Notes: a model not told the origin generated them from the letters alone. A stretch of 63,575 nucleotides of DNA, filler included, from 6 parts of 6 records of this genome joined end to end with filler, not necessarily neighbours in it, one strand, 5' to 3'. Positions 1-13,468 are shown, numbered from the whole stretch's first letter. Numbers and translations: made by a program.

Positions 1-66
1 TCCGCCGTAAGCAACGGCAACGAAGCGCTAGCTCGCACGCTGGTGGATCCAGCACCGAGAACGCAC

Positions 67-732
67 CCCCACTCGTTGTTCGGATTCCGGACAAACTTGG
101 AGTACTTCTCAGCATTGAACCGTTCTCCCGTCTTCTTATTTGCAAAAACCTGTGGATAGAGAAATGACAGCGTCAGTCGTCGTACAGGCACAGGTGTTGG
201 CGTCAGATGGAGAGGGAGTAGGCTGGAATACCACAAGCTGACGGAGAGCGAAAGCGCATGCAGCCGAGGTCGAGGCCGACGCCGCGCTGTGGTGCGAGTG
301 CACGCACGCGTACATGGAGCAAATCGCACAGAAGTGTCCCGTCGTGCAGGGATACCGAAATATCATCCGTTTTCAGCTTCATACCAAGAACCTTTTCGAT
401 CCATCGCGATACCTCCCATTGCCTAGAGAACGAGGGGCACAGGCGCAGTGGGGAGTGAGCGAGTGCGTGCGAGAGCGGGTGGGGCGCACGAGCCGCCGCA
501 GCCGCAAAACGCGCGAGCGCGCATCCGCACCAACGCGCCACAGAGGACGAGAAACCCGCTCGCCACACCTGCGCACAGCGCCAGTTTTCCTTTGCCCGCC
601 GCCTTACAGCCACAATCTTCCGTACCGAAACAGAAACTCGCGTGCAGCAGCGTTGAGGCGCTGCGAAGTGAAGAAAGACCGGCTGGAGCGGGAGAGCTTG
701 GGTGCTGGGCGGCCGGGAAGCTCGTTCGGCAT
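67..732 (-). CDS. Calponin-homology (CH) domain protein with IQGAP-like N-terminus; spliced, 3' part continues off the window edge
   Basis: Exons 732-626, 422-314 and 149-67 join in phase across GT-AG introns, giving MPNELPGR...QRLNAAAREFLFRQWEVSRWIEKVLGMKLKTDDISVSLHDGTLLCDLLHVFANKK. WIEKVLG and LHDGTLLCDLL are CH-domain motifs. Confidence 0.75.
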
Positions 733-1295
733 GGCGAAAACCTGTCGAGCGCGCTGAGTAGGCGCAGGCGGAAGCGTGACAGCACGAGGCGAGCGCAAGT
801 TCGCTGCAGATGTGCGCAGGCGCGAGAGATTGTGGGTCTTCCCCTGCAAAGCCAGCTATTGGTTAATACGCGCCTCTGCACAGTGGTCGTGCAGAGCTAG
901 GAACACCAGGGCGCGCTGCGGGTGCTAGGGAACGGCGCACAGAGCGTAGCGCTACAAACTTGGGCGCTGGCGCGAGCGCTGGCCTCCGGCAGCGAGCGTC
1001 AACGGAAACAGGATGCGGTTAAGCAACCTCTCGCGGCGTGCATGTATCATACATTGTAGCAGCAGCACTGCATGCCATTCAGTTCAGTCGTGAATCTCTA
1101 ACGCCCAGAAGCTCCCAAAGAGAAACACACCTGGCGGCGATGCAGATCAAGTATATAGACGGAGACACCGTGCACACGCCAAAAGCCACGCCCCAGGCGA
1201 CGCCTCGTCTGCGCTCATGTGCAGGGTGTATCTATTCCGACGCGCTTCCCGAGCGCGCATTGCGCGAGCGGATGACTCTTTACGACCCTTGCAAT

Positions 1296-4200
1296 CTAGA
1301 TTAAAAGAAAGTCATCCTCCTCCTCCGCATCGCCGACATGGTCGACGGACGGCGGGCAATTCTGAACCTGCAAGATCTGCTGCGCAGGCTGGGCGCCGCT
1401 ATCTAGGGCTACAAGCAGCGCGTCCAGTTCGTCCGGAGTCGTGCACAGGAAAGCAAGAAGGAGCGATGGATCGATATCTGTAGCGCGCAGGCTGCACAAC
1501 GCGAGAGAGGCAAAAAGGACAATAAGGGAAAAAAGATAAAGCATCACTACATGAAGGCAAACGAACGAGGTTTGGAGTGGCGTAGGACGCAACAGAATTG
1601 CGATGCACCATGGAGTAAGTGCAGCCCGCGCTGGCCAGCTTCTACATCGTTTCGCCGCCCGACACGCTGCGTTCCCATTCTGGACCTGAGCGCAGCTGCG
1701 TTCGCTCTTTCCCCCTCTTCTTGGAGACACAGAAGAAAATTCATTCTACGAATAAAAATACTATCGTTTCCACTATACCAACATTGGGGGGTTGCCACCG
1801 GAAAACGGCCAGTTACGAAGGATTATGGTTGGGTAAGCGTGCAGCGGAGCGACAGCTGCCATGACCTCTCCAGAGAGCGGCTACCACGCGAGCAATCAGT
1901 TGCCGGCTAGCATGGATTGCATAAGCAATCCTCCCCTTACAAAGCCATTCGGCAGCTATCAGTTGCGATCGCCGTAATTAAAGGAAACGTACGAGGACTG
2001 GTTGTCGTAGTGATACGACGAAGCGCGCGAGGATGGGCTTGACAAGTCCTCCGGCGCTTGCACCACGTGCGGGTCGAGATACAGTAGTCGATCGCCTACG
2101 CAGCCAACAAAACATACGGAAGCGCGCGGCTTTCCGCCAGCGATTCCAACAAGCTGCGGTAGTGTGAATAGACGAGTCAATTCTTCAATGTAGACGGGGT
2201 TGATTTTTGCCCCTGCGCCGAGCTTGACAGGGGCGAGCAGTAGCAGAGGATGCCATTCTGCTTTCGACGCGTCGTCAATCTGCGTGCGATGGAATCGGAA
2301 TGACACGTGCATTAGCGCGTTCCAGGACGGCGTGCGATGCGCAAACAATCCAGGAATACAGCGAGGTGGACCGGGTACCGCTAGCAGTGGTGAGTTCGTG
2401 TCACCCTTTTTCGAACAACGTTTCTCGGAGCACTCACAATGAAAAGGATCTCCGAGGTCCGCGTCGTTTGTACAACCAGCGCGGACGCCAATCGGTACGA
2501 GGATGCTGCTTTCGTGCGTTGCCCGGGGCGGGTCACGCGCGTTGCGCACAAGCCGGAAGCAATGGCTATAGAGGCGTACCTGGCTTCTGTATATCACACC
2601 GTCCATAAAGACTTGGACATTCAAACGAAGTTGCCGCTGGCCAGCTCCGCCAAGAGCCTCTGAGCGACTTGCAGAGTCGTGATACTCTCTCACCAGCGCG
2701 GGGAGCACGTTGGCCACTGTCGAAGGTCCGAACCACTCGCCGATGCGCTGCATGGGAGTTTCACCCACGTTGCACACGCAATCATCTCAGATGTCAGCGT
2801 AGCGGCTTGTTGCAGCAAACTTCCCAGCAGGTACTCGTCATAGGGTAAAGCCAATGACATGAAACTGTATGGCAATAAATTCTCTGGAATGATTGATGGC
2901 GCAAAGCGTGAGGAAGAAAGAGTTGCGCTGGCGGAGTATGCTCTGGGGAAGAGCGTGCATTGTCGACCGCGCTGACGAACCTTGCCAAGACGCACGCCAC
3001 CGTTTGCAATGCGATGGATCGAAAACGGGCGAGTTGGATGGTCGCCAAATTGCCGGACTAGATCGAGGTGTATTCTTTCACTCTCTCGATTTCCATGAAT
3101 ACCGTTCTTTCCCATCATTCCGCTCTTGAGTCGGCCGATACGCCAGTCGCGCCCAAGCAGCAGCCGCGAGTACGCCTCGGCGAGAAGCATCTGCCCGCAC
3201 CTGCAAACGTGCAGATTTCACGCGTGTCAGTGCAAACGTGCGCAAATTCTGCAAGTACAAGGTCCCCGCGGCATGCAGAGCATTGACGCTCCGGGACTGT
3301 TGTTTGCTTGTCAGGGAGAAAATCTACGGATAAGGCGCATTGTGCGGCCGCCTGCTCGCCACTAAGGTTATTGTGTTCGTCGCGAGGTCTCCCTTTTCCG
3401 CCAGCGCGACCGCGGGTGCGGCGAAGACGTGCAGCTGCTTCACTTCCGCACGTGAGGAAGGAAGCGGGAGCTTTCTATTCGGGCGGGGTGACTTGGGCGC
3501 GACTAATCATCGTTCATGAATATCCATAGGATATGAGCGCTCTTCCCTTGGTGCAAATGCGCAGAGGATTCCCAAAGGACACAGGCACGCGCGGAAACAC
3601 GACGCGCGCCTGTTGCCGTGCGAGTTGACGCGGCCAAGCACAGACGCAAACTCGGCGTTGGCCAAGACGCGGCTGCGTCGGGCACGTTGCCGACCGAGCG
3701 CAGCTCTGCCACGGTAGCTACGAATGCAGCGGAGGGTATAGCAGGCGCAGTACACCAATACGCGATTTCTCAACAAAACATATCATACGTGAAATCATCG
3801 GCGCAATCTTTGTCTTCCGTGGTTAGCTGCGGCGCGGCGCGCGGTGGCACAGGCGAACGCCGGCCAGCTGGTGCGGCAGGGAATGACGTGCATGGGAGAC
3901 ACTCTCGGCTAGCGTGTTCCATTTTGGGCGCGCTGCCTTCTCCCTGCCGCTTCACACGCGAGCCGGCTCCACGCAGACTGCAGATCTCCCTTACAACGGC
4001 AATATCATGACGTCGTGCAACGCACGGGTGCATGGAAGAGCGCCCTTGTAGATTGTTCGCGTGCACTCAGAGTGATACCACAATGCACTTTGGTGGTGCC
4101 GCGCTGAGGCGCCATCGGCGGAGCGAGCGTTCTGCAAGAGGTTGCGCAACACTTTCGCGCCAGAGTTGCAGCATGGCGCGCAACTACCGATGCATAGTGT

Positions 4201-4527
4201 AGGAAAATTGACAGTTTCTCCACGGAAACTATAGCGCACATAAATTCTCGGTGCTCGAGGACCAAGCGAAGTTCACGAAGTGGGATGGCTACTCTCAAGC
4301 TCTGCGGCTGCGTGCAAAGCGTACCGTAGCAAGCATCCCCAGCCGATGTCCGTGTCGGCGCCTGTGCTGAACGGCGGAAACGCCGTGCGGTACGTGCACC
4401 AGATCCGCGATTGAATATCGTCCAGCGCATCATGGCTTAGCGCTGGCAACCCGCCATCTTCTCCATCAATGGAGGGTTCCACGTCATACTTGCAGCCCAG
4501 AATCCACGCCTCGCGAGGCCGTGGCAT
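1296..4527 (-). CDS. ATG4: Autophagy cysteine protease ATG4 (peptidase C54), at least 5 exons; start codon uncertain
   Basis: Exons 4527-4325, 3200-2981, 2747-2580, 2279-1993 and 1491-1296 are all in phase. Motifs: IWCTYR, TDIGWGCLLRCGQMLLA (catalytic Cys), PFSIH, GEWFGPST, GIAGGKPRAS, LLYLDPH (Asp/His), IDPSL, and C-terminal EEEDDFLLI. Confidence 0.93.
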
Positions 4528-4977
4528 CGCGTCCGCGTGTCAACGAGCGCTGGCTCGTGCTTGGCACAGGCAAAAAAAGACTGCAGCAAGAGAGATCAGG
4601 TGCCAAGAGCGTACTGCCGCGGCGTCGTGCGAGCGCGGAACGAACCCCTACTGCGCTAAGCGAGCCAAGGAACTGTCGTCTCTCCAAAGTGAGCGAGCTG
4701 CCCGTGTACACTCCCCCCCTCTAGCCGCAATCAATGGGGCGACTGTTTCACTGCCTCTTCATATGCAGATGCGACCGGGCAAAGCAGTCATTTATCCTTA
4801 CAGAGACCCATCTGCTTTTCGGGTGCGCTGGTCTGTCAAGGTAGGGACGTGGCTGAATCTTTGCGTGACGTCGCTACGCCCGTCGCCCTGGGTCGATGGA
4901 ACCGAACAACGTCGCACGACAGACTGGTAGCACACGGTCCCCGTACGGGCCGGCGCAACTGGCCCATCCGCTAACAT

Positions 4978-6660
4978 TTAGATGTCATCATCGTCCGAAT
5001 CGATATCTTCGAGGGGATTCGCGTCGCGGCGGCGCATAATACGGTGGAACTCCTGCGGCGGCAGCGGAAAGAGCAACAGGCGGTGTGGGCGATCTCGCGC
5101 GAACAATAGTGTCGCTCTCAGAGCGGGGTGATAACCGTTGCGCAAGATTCGAATCGTCCTTTTTTTTGGCAAATCCAACCTACCGCGCTCACTGCTAGTG
5201 CAAAGCGGACGATACGCGTATTCAGGTGCCGCGATCATGCGTCTTGCGCACGGCAGCGGCGCACCTCCCACGACACCTCGCCGTCCCCGTTGCGATCTGC
5301 CTCGTCAATCATCTCCTGGATCTCGTCGTCGGTCTTGGGGATGCCTACACAGGAACAGAAATCAAGACGCCAATCTAAGATCCAATGTGTTGCATTCAAT
5401 AAAGCGCAGCGGCCGCACCTGATGACCGGGCTCCCGGAAAAGCCTACGCAGTGACGGAGGTTACGCGTCACGAACGCACCGAGCTCGTCTGCAACGCGAC
5501 GGAGGTTCTTGAACGTGATCGTCCCTGATTCGTCATCATCGAAGAGGCGGAACGCCTTCTTAATGTCTTCGGTCTTATCGCGATCGCTCTGCGCATCGGA
5601 GAAACCCAAGAAAAAATATCAGAAATGCGCGCACGGCATACGATGTCAACGGTGCAGCTACAAGGCTCATTGCAGCCGTCGCAATAAGAAAGCAGAGGAG
5701 CAACCACACTGCTATCGATAGAATCGTGCGATGGCGCTGCAGTCCCGGGTCGTTCCGCGACAGTCTACGCACAGCTATCTCACAAGCCGTCGAGTCATGC
5801 TGTCGCAGTCTGCGGTCGTGGCGGTTACGAGACAACGTACGAAGCGTGATGTCATCATCGCAACAAACTCGTCGTACTCAACGGTGCCGTTCCCATCCGT
5901 GTCGATTTCCTGGATCATGCGCTTCACTTCGCTCTTGGACGACTCAAAACCAAGCGCCTTCATGGCAAGCCGGAGCTCATGAGCATCAATCGAGCCTGTA
6001 GCGAGAGTGTCGCAATGCGACGCATGGCGTGCACCGTGGCATGGCAGGTGAGCATAGTAGTGGTACCGGTGTCGCTGTATGCACGCGGGACCTTTGTAGG
6101 ACGCGAACCAGCCCCCACCACGCCGGTTCCGCTTCACCGGCACGACCGGGGAGATTACCAGAAAAGAAGAACAAAAGTTACGGCATCTTTCCACATCATA
6201 TGCACGAGCACAACGTCGAGAGATGGAGCATGGGTACACAAGCCATCCTTGCTGCATGTTGGTGGCAGCAATCTGCGCGTCCAAGGAGGGTACCCGCTGT
6301 GAGAGCGTTGCTGCCTACTCCCGACTGCGAGGGAACGGCCGCCTGTGTATCGAAGCAGAACCACGCGCCGAACAGCGCAGTGAACGCGCGCGCCCCCCTC
6401 CTCATTGGCAGCCGCTACGCCTCTGTGCGTTCACATGTACATCCCTCAACGCAAGCGTACCCGATCCATCAGCATCGAAGAGATTGAAGGCCTCACGGAT
6501 GTCTTGGAGCATCTCCTCCTCCTCGTTCACCTTGCGGCTTCTGCGACGGTACGCCTGCGGGTCAGCACAGAGGGAAAAGCACAGCGAGGCAGCCGCACGG
6601 TTATGAGCATGTCGCATTAGATGTACCTCTTCAGTGTTGCTTCCACCTACTCACAGACAT
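4978..6660 (-). CDS. Centrin (caltractin), four EF-hands, 6 exons
   Basis: Exons 6660-6655, 6554-6461, 5995-5841, 5588-5480, 5344-5265 and 5052-4978 join in phase. Protein: [31 protein letters not shown]...[27 protein letters not shown]...[25 protein letters not shown], with the centrin signatures AMKALGF and FKNLRRVA. Confidence 0.93.
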
Positions 6661-7265
6661 GGCTGCTGCTTGTGCATTTTGTATGTTCATGAGCACAATA
6701 CAGTGGATTACTGCGGAGGAGAGGTAAGAAAGTAAGGTCACGCGCGCCAAGCGGGCTAGCGCCGCGCTGCGAAGCCAGACCTGGAGCCAGCTTCCTTCAC
6801 CAGGCGCCTCGCGCGTTTTGCGGAGCGAGTGTGCCAACCAGCGCAGGCTGTGGAGCGAGCGGAGGCGACGCGTGTTCCGCACTGCATGCTCGCAACGAGT
6901 TGTTCTGCTTTCTTAGTGCGGAGCCGGATATACGGGGGAGCCACCGTGCATCTTTGTCAACTACGCTTCAACACTTGTCCTACGTAATCGCAACTGGCCC
7001 TTCAGGCGCGGACGTTTCGCGGCAAAGACGGCGAGGAAACGATAACGACCACACCGCAATTGCGGTTCCTTCGTGCCAGCGGCAACAAGGCGGTGCCGTC
7101 CCAACCCCAGAGCATCGCGGCAGCACAGGGAAAGGTTGCGCGCCGAGCACGACGCACGGCACTGCGCTCTGGAACAGAACGCAAAGGCTACGGACTACGC
7201 ACGACCCACTCGCCGCATAGCGTACTGCGGCGATACCAGAACAAGATTAGCAACTGCATCATATC

Positions 7266-7365
7266 NNNNNNNNNNNNNNNNNNNNNNNNNNNNNNNNNNN
7301 NNNNNNNNNTTAATTAATTAANNNNNNNNNNNNNNNNNNNNNNNNNNNNNNNNNNNNNNNNNNNN
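7266..7365. other. Artificial contig linker
   Basis: 44 N + TTAATTAATTAA (stop codons in all six frames) + 44 N. Confidence 0.98.
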
Positions 7366-7411
7366 GTGGCGCTCTCATTGATTGATCACAATCGTAGTCA
7401 AAAAAAAGCGA

Positions 7412-7834
7412 CTACAGCGTTAGTAGCATTTCCCGGTGAGGTATTCCGGCATCCATAAAAGTGCCACCATGCGCCACAAATCCCAAGCGTTGGTAAAAGG
7501 CGAGGGCGTGCAATTGAGCGCTCAGCGCTACATGGGTATGGCCTGCTTCTCGAGCAGCCTGAATGGCTGCTTCCATGAGTTGATAGCCAATGCCAGCGCC
7601 ACGCGCGCTATCGAGTACCGCGACGCGCCCAATATGGCCGTCGGGCAGCAGTCGCGCAGTCCCCACTGGCTGATCCTCAAGATAGGCAATGAAGTGGCTG
7701 CACTCCTCGTCACGGCCATCCCACTCCTCCTCTTGAGGCACGCTCTGCTCTTCGATAAACACCACGCGGCGGATCTCGGAAGCTATATCCTTTAGCGTAC
7801 TCCAATCACCGTTAATAATGGTTGTCGTCGACAC
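7412..7834 (-). CDS. GNAT family N-acetyltransferase (YjcF/ElaA-like)
   Basis: IRRVVFIEEQ, GTARL, GHIGRVAV, RGAGIG, LSAQ...FYQRLGF...FMDAGIPH. Confidence 0.9.
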   Translation of the reverse strand: MSTTTIINGDWSTLKDIASEIRRVVFIEEQSVPQEEEWDGRDEECSHFIAYLEDQPVGTARLLPDGHIGRVAVLDSARGAGIGYQLMEAAIQAAREAGHTHVALSAQLHALAFYQRLGFVAHGGTFMDAGIPHREMLLTL

Positions 7835-7840
7835 CGCTAG

Positions 7841-9022
7841 CTACTCCTCATCATCCTCTTCGCCCATAAAGCCTAGGCTTCCGGTGTTTACTAACTGTGT
7901 TATCAGCGCTGCTGCCCCATCAATGGCAAGTACGTCTTCATACATAGGCGATGGGTCGGCAAGCCGCTTGGCCAGCTCGGTTGAACAGGAGTGTCCGTCG
8001 CCGTCGACAAAGAGCGTGGTGCCGTTGGCATCGCTTCGCCAAGCAACGCGGGAACCCGGCATATGAAACAGTGGTTCACCGTGTTGTAGTTGCGCAACAA
8101 GGTCAGCTTCCGTCATTGGCACTTCAAGGGGCGCTACTTGGTCAATGTATTTTGGTTGGGTCATGACGCGACCAAACCACTGGGCTATTTGCTCAGGATT
8201 GTCCAATGTGGAGAGTACGAACTGGCGCATACGTTCAACGGCGGCATCATCTAGTTCACCCACTTGGCTTGCAGGAGACATGCCTGCATCGCTATAGCGG
8301 TGGGAGTCAGAGAGCTGCTCTCCTAGATAGTCAGCGTAGGATGTGATGGCTTCATCCGCTGAGGGTGCCCTAAACCCTACCGAAACAGTCATGCAGTCGT
8401 CGGTTTGACTAACGCCGTGGTGCGCCCAGCCAGGGGGGAGATACAGCATATCGCCCGGTGATAGCGTCCAGTCAGAGTCAGCTTCAATCTCAAAGGTTTC
8501 AAGAATACGTAGATCGATACCTTGGATAATGGGCGCGTTGTCTGGCTGCTTACCGCCTAGTTGCCAGCGCCGGTGGCCGCTAGCCTGTAACAGGAAAACA
8601 TCGTATTGGTCGATATGTGGGCCGACGCTACCACCGGGCGGCGCATAGCTGACCATGATGTCGTCTAACCGCCAACGGGGAAGGAAGTCAAATTCATCCA
8701 TTAGTGCAGCGATAGACGGTACATAGTGATCGACGGCTTGAACCAGGAGGCTCCAGTTGCCTTCCGGCAAGCGCTCAAAGGTTGCGTCGTCAAACGGGCC
8801 GTGGGAAACCTGCCAGGGACCATCAGGCCCGTTTTCTTCCACAAGGCGCGCTTCTACACCGGGTTCGCAGGCAAGCCCGGCTAGCTCATCGGGGTCGATG
8901 GGGCTAATAAAGTCGGGGATAGCGCCACGAATCAGCAGCGGCTTCTGCTGCCAGTAATTGGCCAAGAAGTCTTCGGGCGTTAAATCGCCCAGCAATGTGA
9001 GTGGCTTATCGTGTTGGCTCAT
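7841..9022 (-). CDS. roxA: JmjC/cupin ribosomal protein L16 arginine hydroxylase (YcfD/RoxA family)
   Basis: FLANYWQQKPLLIRGA, WRLDDIMVSYA, GPHIDQYDVFLLQ, PGDMLYLPPGWAHHG; lies directly downstream of purB. Confidence 0.88.
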   Translation of the reverse strand: MSQHDKPLTLLGDLTPEDFLANYWQQKPLLIRGAIPDFISPIDPDELAGLACEPGVEARLVEENGPDGPWQVSHGPFDDATFERLPEGNWSLLVQAVDHYVPSIAALMDEFDFLPRWRLDDIMVSYAPPGGSVGPHIDQYDVFLLQASGHRRWQLGGKQPDNAPIIQGIDLRILETFEIEADSDWTLSPGDMLYLPPGWAHHGVSQTDDCMTVSVGFRAPSADEAITSYADYLGEQLSDSHRYSDAGMSPASQVGELDDAAVERMRQFVLSTLDNPEQIAQWFGRVMTQPKYIDQVAPLEVPMTEADLVAQLQHGEPLFHMPGSRVAWRSDANGTTLFVDGDGHSCSTELAKRLADPSPMYEDVLAIDGAAALITQLVNTGSLGFMGEEDDEE

Positions 9023-9077
9023 GGCGTTATCCTAGTTCAAATGAGCGCTGCGCCTTACTAAGGGCGCAGTGCGTCGT

Positions 9078-10556
<1,479 letters not shown>

Positions 10557-11195
10557 TTAGCCAAGGCTATCAAGCGCGCGCCTCAACGCTTTACGCTGGA
10601 AGACAAGCTTCCAGCGACGGCCGCCTTGTTGGTGCCATAGCAGCGCAAAACGTATGCCCGCCATCAAACAGGCGCGCACCCGCTCGGGCATCATGCGAGT
10701 CTGCAGTAAAGAGGGGTCGCCCTGAACCACGATGCGGGTTTTGAACGTCGAAATGGTTTCTTGGTAGGCGTCGCCCAGGCTTGCAATCACATTTTCATGA
10801 GTGCTGCCGAAGTGCTCCGCCTGCCCCTGTACGTGGGACAGCTTTTGACCCAGTAAATCCATCATATGGCGGTCAGTGCGCAGTTTATTCATTAACAGTA
10901 GCAGCGAAAAACCGTAGCGGAGAACCACGGGGTTGGCTTGTTTACGGCCAATAAGGGCTTCGAGTGTTTCTAATCCGCGGCGTAAATTATTGGGGTGCCC
11001 GCCATAAATAGCTTCAAAGCTTGCCGGGTTGGTGTCCACGGTTGCATTGATAAGTGTTTCCCAAGCGCGTGGATCTACTTGTCCAGTACGCGCGAGTTCG
11101 TCTACCAAGCTAGCGGATTGAAAAACGCCAGCCAGCGCCAGTGCTTGGCGAGCGGCTTGAGACTCCGGCGCGCGATGAATAGGGGTAGCGCTCAT
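10557..11195 (-). CDS. hflD: High-frequency lysogenization protein HflD
   Basis: [11 protein letters not shown]...[28 protein letters not shown]; sits between mnmA and purB, with an ATGA overlap on the mnmA stop. Confidence 0.93.
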   Translation of the reverse strand: MSATPIHRAPESQAARQALALAGVFQSASLVDELARTGQVDPRAWETLINATVDTNPASFEAIYGGHPNNLRRGLETLEALIGRKQANPVVLRYGFSLLLLMNKLRTDRHMMDLLGQKLSHVQGQAEHFGSTHENVIASLGDAYQETISTFKTRIVVQGDPSLLQTRMMPERVRACLMAGIRFALLWHQQGGRRWKLVFQRKALRRALDSLG

Positions 11196-12340
11196 GCAGC
11201 GGTCTCCGTGGTATTCCAAGTGGCGCGAATAACGCCGCCGCCTAAGCAAATTTCACCATCATAAAGTACCAATGACTGGCCCGGTGTGACTGCCCACTGA
11301 GGATCATCAAACACCACCTCAACAGTGCCGTCGGGCAGTGCATGGATTGCACATGGGCAATCACTTTGACGATAGCGGGTTTTGGCAGTGTAACGGCCCT
11401 GTGCAGCAGGCGGTTCACCTGCTACCCAATCCATGGCTTCAGTGGCCAACGCATTGGTGAACAGTAGGTGGTGATGCTTGCCTTGGACGACAATCAATAC
11501 ATTACGCTCAAGGTCTTTGGCCGCTACGTACCATGGGTCTTCCGAATAGTTGGCGAGCCCCCCAATGCCTAACCCTTGGCGCTGCCCCAGGGTGTAGTAC
11601 ATTAGTCCCATATGCTTGCCAATGACGTCGCCTTCGGGCGTTTCTATATTGCCGGGCTGTGCGGGTAGGTATTGCTGCAAAAAGTCGCGGAAGCGGCGCT
11701 CGCCGATAAAGCAAATGCCCGTCGAGTCTTTTTTCTTGGCGGTAATAAGATCGTGTTGTTCAGCCAAGGCTCTAACGACAGGTTTTTCAAGCTCACCAAC
11801 AGGAAACAGGGTGCGCGCAATCGCTGCTTCAGGCACCGCATGCAGGAAATAGCTTTGATCTTTATTGCTATCCACACCTTTTAACAGGCGCGGGCGTCCT
11901 CCGCGAACCCCTTGTCGAACATAATGCCCGGTTGCGATTTTATCGGCGCCTAGCATTTCAGCGTAGTCTAGAAAGACCTTAAACTTGATCTCTCGGTTGC
12001 ACAGGATATCGGGATTGGGCGTTCTGCCCGCTTTATATTCGGCTAAAAAATGCTCGAAGACGTTATCCCAATACTCGGATGCGAAATTGGCCGTATGCAA
12101 TTTGATGCCCAGCTTCTCACACACAGCCTCTGCATCGGCAAGATCTTCTTTTGCCGTGCAGTATTCGGTGCCGTCGTCTTCATCCCAATTCTTCATAAAC
12201 AGGCCCTCAACCTCATACCCTTGTTGGAGTAGAAGGAGAGCAGAAACCGATGAATCAACGCCGCCCGACATGCCAACAATTACTTTTTGGGTCTCGGGCG
12301 CTTCAGGAATAGACGTGCCATGGGTGGATGTCATTGGCAT
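11192..12340 (-). CDS. mnmA: tRNA-specific 2-thiouridylase
   Basis: [56 protein letters not shown]. Confidence 0.97.
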   Translation of the reverse strand: MPMTSTHGTSIPEAPETQKVIVGMSGGVDSSVSALLLLQQGYEVEGLFMKNWDEDDGTEYCTAKEDLADAEAVCEKLGIKLHTANFASEYWDNVFEHFLAEYKAGRTPNPDILCNREIKFKVFLDYAEMLGADKIATGHYVRQGVRGGRPRLLKGVDSNKDQSYFLHAVPEAAIARTLFPVGELEKPVVRALAEQHDLITAKKKDSTGICFIGERRFRDFLQQYLPAQPGNIETPEGDVIGKHMGLMYYTLGQRQGLGIGGLANYSEDPWYVAAKDLERNVLIVVQGKHHHLLFTNALATEAMDWVAGEPPAAQGRYTAKTRYRQSDCPCAIHALPDGTVEVVFDDPQWAVTPGQSLVLYDGEICLGGGVIRATWNTTETAA

Positions 12341-12407
12341 CCTCAGTTGAAGTGGTGTGCAATTGGATGCTGATTATACACGATGGAGGCTTGGTGCTTC
12401 GAGTGCT

Positions 12408-12869
12408 TCACTCATGAATCACGGTCAGGGGATAACATTGGCCGTTAATGGCGTTTTCGATCCGTTTAAGCACCAGGGGGCTGCGCAGCCGACCGGCATT
12501 GCCGAGGGCTTTGATGTCATTCAATGTGAGCCAGTGAGTGGCAGTGATGTCGCTATCAATGGGGGACGAGAGCATGACGTCTGGTGTGGCTATAAAACCA
12601 TGGCTATGAAAGGTAAGGCCTTCTGGCGTGTGGAAGATATAAAGACCTAAGTAGTCGGTTAGCGTCACCTGCCAAGCAGTTTCTTCTTGCACTTCACGCA
12701 AGATGGCTGCCATTGGGCCTTCGCCTGGCTCTACATGTCCTGCCGGTTGGTTGAACACGGTTTGCCTACCGCCGCGGGCTTCTTCCACCATCAAAAAGTG
12801 GTCATTGCGCTGAATCACGCAGGCAACGGTACTTCTGATGATGGCATTTTTTATCATCTCACTGCTCAT
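12408..12869 (-). CDS. nudJ: NUDIX hydrolase (NudJ-like)
   Basis: FLMVEE...NQPAGHVEPGE...REVQEET Nudix box and RLRSPLV; conserved position upstream of mnmA. Confidence 0.85.
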   Translation of the reverse strand: MSSEMIKNAIIRSTVACVIQRNDHFLMVEEARGGRQTVFNQPAGHVEPGEGPMAAILREVQEETAWQVTLTDYLGLYIFHTPEGLTFHSHGFIATPDVMLSSPIDSDITATHWLTLNDIKALGNAGRLRSPLVLKRIENAINGQCYPLTVIHE

Positions 12870-13468
12870 TTGGAGTGCCTGTGCTGAGGTGCGCCGCTGC
12901 GCTTTGGCGCTTTAGTGGGGCGTGGAGCGTGTAGTGTTTGTTTGCGCCACTCGCCTGGGGCCAAGTCGCCAAGTTGCCATGTGCCAATCGCCGCGCGTAT
13001 CAATCTCAACGTAGGAAACCCTACATGGGCGGTCATGCGCCGTACTTGGCGGTTGCGGCCTTCGCTGATTGTTAACTCTAACCAGCTGGTGGTGGGGTGG
13101 CGCTTAGGGTCAATCCTTGGGTCGCGTAGTGCAATGGCAGGTGGCTCAATGCGCCGGGCTTTTGCTGGCTGGGTTGGGCCATCTTTCAAGATGACACCGT
13201 TTTTCAGGGCGTTAATCGCCTCATCATTAATCTGCCCTTCGAGCTGTACCCAGTAAGTTTTGGGCTGCTTGTGACGTGGGTGGGCGATGCGGTGAATGAG
13301 GCTGCCGTCATCACTTAATAGCAGCAGACCCTCAGAGTCATAATCAAGCCGCCCTGCGGCGTAGACGCCAGGCACATCTATAACATCGGCTAATGTGGCG
13401 CGGCCTTGTTTGTCGGTAAACTGAGAGAGCATACGATAGGGTTTATGCAGTAAATATAAAGTGCTCAT
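12866..13468 (-). CDS. rluE: 23S rRNA pseudouridine synthase RluE-like
   Basis: KPYRMLSQF, YAAGRLDYDSEGLLLL, EGRNRQVRRMTAHVGFPTLRLIR; divergent from icd. Confidence 0.9.
   Translation of the reverse strand: MSTLYLLHKPYRMLSQFTDKQGRATLADVIDVPGVYAAGRLDYDSEGLLLLSDDGSLIHRIAHPRHKQPKTYWVQLEGQINDEAINALKNGVILKDGPTQPAKARRIEPPAIALRDPRIDPKRHPTTSWLELTISEGRNRQVRRMTAHVGFPTLRLIRAAIGTWQLGDLAPGEWRKQTLHAPRPTKAPKRSGAPQHRHSK

Noticed and set aside
9044-9072. GC-rich hairpin between purB and roxA as a REP element
   Set aside because: There is a single copy in the window and no T-tract. At most it is an mRNA-stabilising stem.
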